A DNA stretch of 64,000 bases, from NCBI GenBank assembly GCA_012295275.1, contig CM022677.1, positions 11,904,001 through 11,968,000 of the forward strand, read 5' to 3'. Position numbers and translations under genes: made by a program. Of this stretch, positions 13,635 through 22,687 are shown piece after piece (the stretch's first letter is position 1; each line of letters opens with the position of its first letter). This DNA is from Chrysomallon squamiferum. Its lineage: Eukaryota; Animalia; Mollusca. The notes under the pieces are model-generated. The model saw only the letters and a program-made list of their open reading frames with translations, was not told where the DNA came from and did not search any database.

Positions 13635-14224
13635 CACTTAGTGACATAACGTGAATAATCATCAGCTTGAAAGACATGATATTTGTCTCAAGTTGAAAAT
13701 GTCATAGATGTTCGTAAGATAAAAAAAAGTAAGTTCTTCTGGAGTAATACTATTTATTCATGTTAGAGAATATAGAATTAAATTTGGAAATCAAAACATT
13801 TTAAATGTTAAATCTATTGTAATATATTTTATCTGGACAAACAAGACTCATTAAAATGATTTTTTTATATTTTTGTTTTCATCTAGATTAGGACAGTTAT
13901 TGCAAATAATATACCATTGTGTCAGTGTTATAAGAAATGAGATTTTTTTTGTTTTGCAGCAGAAAAGTCTACAAAAGATTTCAATGAACTAAGCAGAGAG
14001 AACTTGTATGGGTTTTTTCATTAGTATTTTTTTCTATTTAAGCAGCAGGTAATTTGTAATTTCTCCTTCATTTTTACAGGGTACATCTGAATGTGTGTGT
14101 GTGTCTGAGTGTGTGTGTGTTGTGTGTGTGTGTGTTGTGTTGTGTGTGTGTGTCTGTGTGTTTGTGTATGTCTGTCTGTGTGTCTGTATGTCTGTGTTTG
14201 TGGTGGGTTTATAGGTGTCTGCTT

Positions 14225-14915
14225 ATATCTTTTATTGTTTGTTTACAGCATTAGTCAGAACAAACTCACAGCTTTATTGAAGCATTGCAGACTGAACGGG
14301 TAACTCCAAGAGAGAAAAGAAATCTGGCAGAAGAAAATTAATTCACACACTTTTACATGTGAAGACAGAGAAAGGATAGTTCAATGAATTCTTAGATTAA
14401 CTGATTTTATATTGCAATATGTTTTTGTTTGTTATTTTAAATTTTGTTTTCAGTTTTATTTTTAAGAAAAAGCTGTCTTCTTCAGTTTGTCTTGTCAGTT
14501 TAATGTCACTGACACTGATTTTTAATCCTTTTTAGGTCATCATTTATCAATCTGTGTAACATTTGTGTTCCTTTTATTGTCCCAAAACAGATCTCTGCTG
14601 GCAATGCTAACAGTGAGAAGATAGAGCAAACTGCCAGTCTTCCAGCAGAAGAGAAAATGAGAGTGTTTGGAGAGCAATTTGAGCATCTACACATTGTGGA
14701 AGCAGAAAGAAAATTTGTAACAATTTGATAGAGAAGTTTAAAATTGTAATTTCTGAAGCTGGTATAACCTGTGTTGGTCAACATCATCCCACTTCATTTC
14801 CTGCTACAGTCTGCCATTTTTTTTTGTAACTTTGGACAGAAAGTTCACATTCCAAACAGCCCTCTCAAGCCAGAACCAGTTTACTTCCTTGTGCCAAGAA
14901 AATGTGGAATTTTTT
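14225..14915 (+). pseudogene. Sola-like (DUF7869-type) transposase remnant, copy 1
   Basis: ISQNKLTALLKHCRLNG, CEDRERIVQ, PKTDLCWQC, ASLPAEEK and NFGQKVHIPNSPLKPEPVYFLVPRKCGIF. These match the remembered family pattern KP.TDLCW.C ... FDFAQQVH.P..PLQPGP.YF..PRKC.IF. Confidence 0.65.
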
Positions 14916-15199
14916 AAATATCTTCTGAAACTTTGTGTCAGTCACTCTATCTGCTGGTGAGTCAGTTGATCTGTTAATTAATTAATTTATATAATTATTT
15001 TGTGTTGATGTATTTGCTTTTTGTTTTCTTTGTTACTGTGTATGCTATTTATTTTTTGAATTTGTTATTTTATATTATGTTTTTGAATTTATTTAATCAA
15101 CCATTTGTGTTTATTTATTTGTTTGAGTTAAAGTTTGGCTTCAGTTTTCACTGTTTCTATCAAGATGTTTTTAAGTGTAAATTCAATTTTTAATTAATT

Positions 15200-16135
15200 G
15201 AAAAAGTGATGGAGCATTAGGACAGAATGTGGACAGAGAAATAAGTAATGTTTCATGGTTTCAAAAATTCCACATCTACAGTTTGGTTTTGTGTTTATTT
15301 TGTGTTTGAATTTGATTGTGTTTAGATTGGTGCAGTAGCTGATTCTGAGTTTGGTAAAGTTGTTGTTATATAGTTTGTTACAACAATAATTTTTGTTTTG
15401 TGATTATGAAAGGTGTAACTTTTGTTTATTTTATTTGTTTACTATTTAACATTCACCAACTCTGTTCTCCATTTCAATATGGCTGACTGTTGTTTAAAAA
15501 CTGGACTGTTGTGAAAGGTATGTTTTAATTGTTGTCTTGTTTCTTTTCACTCATTTGGCTATGTGTTGTTATTGTTTTTGATGTGCAGACTGTTTTACTG
15601 TTTGTTGAGTCAGAGTTTCAGGATTAGTGAAGGTAATTCCCAGTAAGAAAATATTGATCCCAGATGTTTACACTGGGACCAAAAGCCTTTAAGTTTTGTG
15701 TTCATCTGTAAATAAATTTTCCTTCAGTTGTCACTTTTTGTTATGATTTCTGCTGTTTTGCTGATTGAGGAGATTTGTGCCTTGTCAAGATATCTCAGTT
15801 TTTTTTCTGTTTGGAGATTGGTTTTCTTCTGTATTTGTATGCTGTGGTATATATGTTTGTTTGTAAGGATACCAGAATGTCCACTTTTTTATTATTTTCC
15901 ATTCAGGGTTTTGTCTGAGAGTTTGTTGGTGATTTATATTGTTTTTTTATTTATAGCCTTTTGCTTCTGGTCAACTTTTTCTTTTTTTAAAATCAGATTT
16001 GGCCTTTTTAACCTGCTGTATTTTGAAAATCCTAATTTTCATTTCTGAATCATTTGAGTTAGTGGTTTTTATGTCTTCCATGGTTATTTTTTTATAGGTG
16101 GGTTTGTTGTTGTTTGTCCTGGTGCTGAAAGTTTA
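15200..16135 (-). mobile_element. Internally deleted LINE relic: ORF1-like segment joined to the ORF2 C-terminal CCHC; copy 2 at ~40740-41675
   Basis: KKLRYLDKAQI...RKIYLQMNTK-LKAFGPSVNIWDQYF aligns to the ORF at 24692-25141. About 300 bp further lies FTKLRISY...PNCRCGIFETMKHYLFLCP. Confidence 0.7.
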
Positions 16136-17744
16136 ATGTGTGCAGTTGTGTGTATAATTCAATGTTAATTATGTGTCTCTATTTACTTCAACACACACAC
16201 ATAACATACACACTTAAATATACAAACATACATACACATATTATTTTATTTAGTGTTTTATTTTTATATTTTCATTTCTTAGTTGGTTACATTGCAAAGT
16301 TAAAAATGTTTCTTCCTTTTAACTGTTATAATAAATTTTTATTATTATCATTAGTTTTATTATTATTATTATTATTATTATTGTATATGACTGTGTGTGT
16401 GTTTTTCTTTTAACAATTTTGGAGCTCTTATTTTAAAAATAAAAAACTGACTGGATGGTGATTTAAGTGTAAACAAAATTATAGGTTCACTTCATTTTAT
16501 TAAAAATGTGCTTTTGATTCCTATCTTTGCAATTAAATACACATTTTAATAATTTGTAGTTCAGTATTTATTTATTTATTTTCATGGGTTTTACAATTTC
16601 TTTTTTGTTGTTTGATTTGTTGTTTTTTGCTTTGTTTTCTTAGATCTTTAATTTTTTTTTTTTTTTATTTTAAATTAATTTGGTCTGTATTTGAGAAAAA
16701 AAAAATTGCAATAGCTTAAAGACTTTTTTATCATGTAACTTGTTCTTTTTATTGATATGCTTGTGAAATCCATTTTGTCTTCTTTTCAGTTTGCTTTTCA
16801 GTTTGCTTTTCTTGTTTTATCCTATTCACCCCCGTGCCTTAGTCACCCGCATATGGGTGGAGCTACTAATAAACACAGGCTGAAGTTTGTACAAGCACTA
16901 GGGGCTTTTAAGATTAAACTGGTAATTAAGTATTAAAAAAAGTAATTGTTTTTGTTACTGACTGAAAATATAGAAACTTATCTAGTGATCATATATTGCA
17001 ATTATTGATATCTATCTGTGAATACACATACACACATAAACACGCATGCACTCCCACACTGTGTGATAGAGGTAAGCTGCTGAACTTGGACTGAATATTG
17101 ATGAGTATAAATAAAATATATATGAATCTATGGTTTTTGTTTACATTGGTGTGTATGTGTTGGTGTACACATTTGCATACAAAAACACACATACACACAC
17201 AAACACATAAATTAAGCTATGCATTTCTTTCTTTCTTTTTCATTTGTTTCTCATCCACTTTCCAATCCAGTGCCTCCTGCAAGCATTATTAGAGATTTTA
17301 AAAATGATTTGTGTAATATGATTTTAAATAATTACATATATTTATCTTGTCAATCAATTTATATTCGTTAAACAAATACTTTGAGATATAAATGATTTTT
17401 ATCTGCCTTATAACATGATCAGTATAACATTAATTCATAGATAATTTTACATATCTGATCAATAGTGTGTCTTAAAGATATTAATATATCTTGGAATTGG
17501 ATCCTCACCAACTGATCTATTGACAGCAGCAGACTATTCTGTATTGGCAGAACAATTGAAAGAACTCACTAAGCTTTGTGCAGACAAGTTAATGTGTTAT
17601 TCAACTTCTACATAAAAGAAAATCATTTTAGTACTAGATTGCAAGCACAATCAAAAAGTATTTAATTGTCATTTTTAATTTATTTATTTATTTATTTATT
17701 TATTTATTATTTATTAATTAATTTATTTAATTTCACTCTTACAG

Positions 17745-17831
17745 TTGGTGGTTCTTGGTCTGCATGGTCACTTCAGAGACTGGGTAGTTGTAGTGAAACA
17801 TGTGGTAGAGGCACTAGATAAGATTTGAGAT
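17745..17831 (+). pseudogene. TSP1 pseudo-exon truncated by the gap
   Basis: TTACAG acceptor followed by VGGSWSAWSLQRLGSCSETCGRGTR*. Confidence 0.8.
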
Positions 17832-18031
17832 NNNNNNNNNNNNNNNNNNNNNNNNNNNNNNNNNNNNNNNNNNNNNNNNNNNNNNNNNNNNNNNNNNNNN
17901 NNNNNNNNNNNNNNNNNNNNNNNNNNNNNNNNNNNNNNNNNNNNNNNNNNNNNNNNNNNNNNNNNNNNNNNNNNNNNNNNNNNNNNNNNNNNNNNNNNNN
18001 NNNNNNNNNNNNNNNNNNNNNNNNNNNNNNN
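17832..18031. other. Assembly gap (200 N)
   Basis: Run of N. Confidence 1.
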
Positions 18032-18134
18032 ATGATTAGTTCTTTTTGTTGTGTTGTATGTCCTCGTGTAGTTGTTGTATTTTGCTGAGCAGGTCTGGTC
18101 TGCTGGAACTTCCGGATTGTATTGAGATCACGGA
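18032..18134 (-). mobile_element. Continuation of the LINE-A RNase H domain
   Basis: Minus strand reads ISIQSGSSSRPDLLSKIQQLHEDIQH, the expected continuation of IFSDS..LTSIQSG at ~22346-22390. Confidence 0.75.
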
Positions 18135-18606
18135 ACTTTATTGTTGTTATTTCCTTACCTGTTCGCCCCGCTCAGCACGCACTCGGCTCGGCGTACGGGA
18201 GGAAGGGAAATACCTTCGGGTTTGATCAGTCCGGAGTTGTTGTTATGGTTATTGTTATTGTTATTGTTGTTGTTATTGTTATTGTTATTGTTGTTGTTGT
18301 TATTATTATTATTATTTTATTATTATTATTATTAATTTTATTTTTTTTATTTATACATTCATTTATTTATTTACTTATTTACTTTATTTATTTATTTATT
18401 TATTTATTTATTATTTTTATTATTATTATTATTATTATTTTTGATTAATTTTATTTATTTTATTTTGTTTTATTATTTTATTTTTTACTATTTCTTTTTC
18501 TCATGTTTTTCTTTTATTTTTGATTTCTTTTATTTTATTTTATTTTATTTATTTATTTATTTGTTTGTTTATTTATTCTTTTGTTTTCTTTTTGTATGTG
18601 TTTTTC

Positions 18607-18644
<38 letters not shown>

Positions 18645-19152
18645 GTGTGTGTGTGCACTGCTTAAGGTGAAATTGTCATCGGTAGCGAGTACCGGGACCC
18701 AGTTTTCAAACATTCATCTCAGCGCTGCCATGAGAACCGTGTGTTTATGTTTGTGCGACCGTGTCTGCGTGCGTGCGTAAGTATATATGTATGTATGTAT
18801 GTATTGAATTGTAGTTCTGTGTGTGTGTGTGTGTGCGCGTGCGTGCGTCCGTGCGTCGGTTTGAAAAAGGTGTCTTCCAATGTGAAACTGAATTGGCACA
18901 TCACGACGGCGCGATTATCAATGCATTTCAATTTCAATGTTTCCTTTTTATTTATTTTATTTATTTATTTATTTTTATTTTTTATTTTTTATTTTTTTTT
19001 TATTTTTTTTTTTTTAGTCATTTAGAAAATAAGTAAGTAAATAAATAAATAAATAAATAAACAAACAAACAGACAAACAAACAAACAAACAAAAATACAA
19101 AGATACAAACTAACAAACAAACAAAAACTATTAATAATAATAATAAGGATGA

Positions 19153-19203
<51 letters not shown>

Positions 19204-19399
19204 CAATAATAATAATGATGATGATAATGATAATAAAAACAACAGCAGCAGCAGCAACAATAATAACAACAACAACAACAACAACAATAATAATTGACAG
19301 TGGACGGATGAAACCCGGCGGCTTTTTCCTTTTCTCTCGTCATATTTTTATTTATATATTTATTTTTTTTTTCAAATTATTTTTTTCTTAATAGTTATT

Positions 19400-19451
<52 letters not shown>

Positions 19452-19616
19452 TATTTATTATTTTTTTTTTTATTTCTTATATATATTTTTATTTTTTGGT
19501 TTATTTATTTATTATTATTTTTTTTTTTCTGCAGTGTTTAAGGTGATACTGACATCGGTAGTGAGTTCCGAGACCCACTTTTCAAAATATTGTTATACTT
19601 TATTACTAGGAAAGGC

Positions 19617-19665
<49 letters not shown>

Positions 19666-20412
19666 TAAAACAACAACAACAACAAGAACAGTAATAATAA
19701 TAGGCAGTGGACGGATGAAGCCCGACGGCTTTTTTCTTTTTCTCTCGTCCGCCGAGTGGAGTGCAGTCGACCCGACCCTACCTGACCCGACCCGACCCGA
19801 CCTTACCCGAGTGAAGCCGAACGGAGCTGAGCTGAGATCGGTTCCCATGGCAACGGTGAGATGAACGTTAGAAAACTGAGTCTCGCTACTCGCTACCTAT
19901 GTCAATTTCGCCTTAAACACTGCACAAAAATTAAGAATAAAAAAAAAAAAAAAAAAAAAATTATTGACAGTGACACTTTACTGTCCATCACCACGAAAGA
20001 CGAAATGCTGTTCACAACAACAACAACAACAGCAGTAGCACCACCACCACCAACAACAACAACAACAACAGCAATAATGCTAATTTCGTGCAAAATGACT
20101 CGTGAACACAGGATAAGTACGAATCCTTTCTATTATTATCATTACCGCTACTACTACTACTACTACTACTATTACTACTACTACTAGTTATTATTATTAT
20201 TATTATTATTTTAATTCATTTTCTTTCTTTTTTTTGTTAACTCATGTTTTTATCTTTTTTTTATCTTTTTGTTTTTTTTTCATATTTTTATTTTAAGTTT
20301 TACATATTTTATTTTATTTAGTCTTTTTTTCATTTATTATTATTATTATTATTATCATCATCATCGTTGCCATCGTCATCGTTATTTAGCGCACGCAATA
20401 AGAACAACAAAG

Positions 20413-20419
20413 ATAAATA
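20413..20419 (+). promoter_or_regulatory. TATA-like element at -30 of the 5S gene
   Basis: ATAAATA at -30 to -24 relative to 20443. Confidence 0.45.
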
Positions 20420-20442
20420 GACCTCGGTTCGTTAAAGCGATC

Positions 20443-20561
20443 GTCTACGGCCACACCACGTTGAAAGCACCGGTTCTCGTCCGATCACCGAAGTTAAGCA
20501 ACGCAGGGCTCGGACAGTACTTGGATGGGTGACCGCCTGGGAACACCGAGTGTCGTAGACA
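20443..20561 (+). rRNA. 5S rRNA: 5S rRNA gene (full length, solitary)
   Basis: GTCTACGGCCACACCACGTTGAAAGCACCGGTTCTCGTCCGATCACCGAAGTTAAGC...TTGGATGGGTGACCGCCTGGGAACACCGAGTGTCGTAGACA, 119 nt. Helix I pairs, and boxes A and C are present. Confidence 0.97.
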
Positions 20562-20856
20562 CGCCTCTTTCTTTCTTACTTTCTTTCTTTCTTTCTTTCT
20601 TATTTTAAGAGCAACAGCAAGAGCCAATTGACATCGGTAGCGAGTGTGTGCGTGGGCGCAGGTTTTGGAGTGACCGTGTTGTGTATGTCTGATTGTGTGT
20701 GTACGTATGTTTGTTATTTCAGAACGCGCCTGTGTGTGTGCGTGTGCGTGTGTGCGCGTGCCGGTTCGAGAAAGATATCTTCCAACGAAAATTTGAATTG
20801 CGAAATCACGACGGCGCGATAATTAATGTATTTTCATTTTGATTTTATTACCATCA

Positions 20857-20898
<42 letters not shown>

Positions 20899-20900
<2 letters not shown>

Positions 20901-22687
20901 GCCATCGTTGTCGTTATTCAGCGCACGCAATAAGAAGAACGAAGATAAATAGACGTCGGTTCGTCTTTTTATTTTTTCTTGTTTTTTTTCTTCTTTTCTT
21001 TCTTTCGTTTTAATTTTTAATTTTCAGGCACTACCGGACAGTTCGCCAGTTGCCTCATTTATTCACGAATAACCTACCCATTTACAACTGACCACGTTCT
21101 CTTTGAATATTAAAAATTATTTTATGTACAGTAAGCTGTTTCTGCTTGTTTTATGATATAATATATATTCGTGCATGTTTGTATTGTTGTTGTCATTTGT
21201 ATTTAGTGTTTATTGTTTCGAATGAATATTACAAAAAAAAAAAAAAAATTAAAAACCTTTAAAAAAAATTAAAAAAATAAATAGATGGGGAAATTGTTTT
21301 CACTGAAACCATAAATTTGTAAAAATGTGTGGCAGACATTAAATTCTGTCTTAATTGAAAATAACGACGATTACGATTTAATTTATAAAATGATCAGACA
21401 CGTTGTTGTTGTTGGTGTTGTTGTTGTTGCAGTTAGTCAGAAAACATCTTTACGAATGGAAGATCGAGCCCACTCCACAGACGAGAGTCTGTCTAGTGTG
21501 CGTCGGTACCGTGGACTCGGTCTTGCATGCGTTTTTTTGTTCACTGCGGCAAAACTAACTCATTTATTAAACGTATTGAACCCTGTTGAAAAAAAGCAAA
21601 TAAACCAAAAGAAAAAAAAAACACAACAATTTTTTTGGCAGCACCAAGTTCAAACTAAATCCATATAGAATGATTTTTGGAATCAAGCACACAAACGTGG
21701 CGGCAACTTTGCATCGAATTTAGAGATTATTTTTCTCTGGTAATTTCGACGACTACACGAAACGAGAATTATTAGAGGGAGATAAGCCGTGTAAGGAAAT
21801 GAAGGCTGTGACAGTGGACGGATGAAACCCGATGTCTTTTTTCCTTTTCTCTCGTCACATATATATATATTAAATTATTTTTTTATTAAAATTTATTTCT
21901 TTATTTCTTTATTTTTTTATTATTATTTTTTTTTTCATTTATTTATTGATTTTTTTCTTTTTTTGGAGTGACCGTGTTGTGTATATTTGATTATGTGTGT
22001 ACGTATGTTATTTCAGCTCGCGCCTGCGTGTGTTTGTGTGTGTGCGTGTGTGTGTCTGTGTCTGTGTGTGTCTGTGTGTGTGTCTCTGTGTGTGTCTGTC
22101 TCTGTGTGTGTGTGTGTCTGTGTCTGTGTATGTGTGTGTGTTTGTCTGTGTCTGAGTGTGTGTGTGCGTGCGTGCATGCGTGCGTGCGTGCGTGCGTGCC
22201 TGTGTGCGTGCGTGCGTGCGTGCGGTTTGGAAAAGGTATCTTCCAACGTAAAATTCAATTGCAAGATCACGACGGCGCGATGGTGAATGTATTTTCATTT
22301 CGATTTTGTTGTTGTTGTTCTTGTTGTTGTTATTACCTTATTGTATCCGGATTGTATTGAGGTCAGATCACGGACTGTCCGAGAATATGACTGCGTGTTT
22401 GTTGTTGTTGTGTTTTACCCACAGCATGGCTCTGATGATGGCTACCAATTCGGCCGTATACACCGAAAGGTGATTTCTGATACGGCCGAATTGTATGCAT
22501 GTGGGTTTGTTTGTGTGATCTTGGGCTATGAAGGCGAATCCTACTCTCCCGTTGTCTGGGTTTTTGGATCCGTCAGTGTAGATGTGCGTGAGTTGTTTGT
22601 AGTGGTGGTTTGCTGCTGTCAAAAAAATGATTTTTTTGAACGGTGGTATCTCTGTTTTGTCAGTTTCTCTTTAGATCAGGAAAGGTG
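20899..22687 (+). repeat. Duplicated block (copy at ~35847-37231, which lacks ~21110-21340)
   Basis: Near-identical sequence, including the same module/LINE junction. Confidence 0.9.

Larger units (their letters stand above)
12577..17831 (+). repeat. Segmental duplication, copy 1 (~5.2 kb; copy 2 at ~38219-43333), ending at the assembly gap
   Basis: Collinear similarity from TATTATGTATGAAAA.AATCAGATTCC to GGCACTAGA..AAGATTTGAGAT, with substitutions and several indels. Confidence 0.95.
18135..22345. repeat. Modular block of three shuffled GC-richer modules separated by microsatellites, carrying a 5S gene
   Basis: M1 CAGTGGACGGATGAA(A/G)CCCG at 19298, 19705, 21812 and inverted at ~18175-18233. 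M2 AAGGTGAAATTG.CATCGGTAGCGAGT at ~18664, ~19540, ~20626 and inverted at 19839-19924. M3 ATCACGACGGCGCGAT at ~18900, ~20805, ~22266. Confidence 0.8.

Noticed and set aside
12634-13642. 8-bp TSD for the hAT-like element
   Set aside because: The flanks TGCTAATG and CACTTAGT do not match.
18200-18233. Hammerhead ribozyme in module M1 (CTGATCA / CGGATGA)
   Set aside because: No CTGANGA-stem II-GAAA arrangement in any copy.
18122-20270. Poly-L/I/Y/T ORFs
   Set aside because: Translations of trinucleotide microsatellites.
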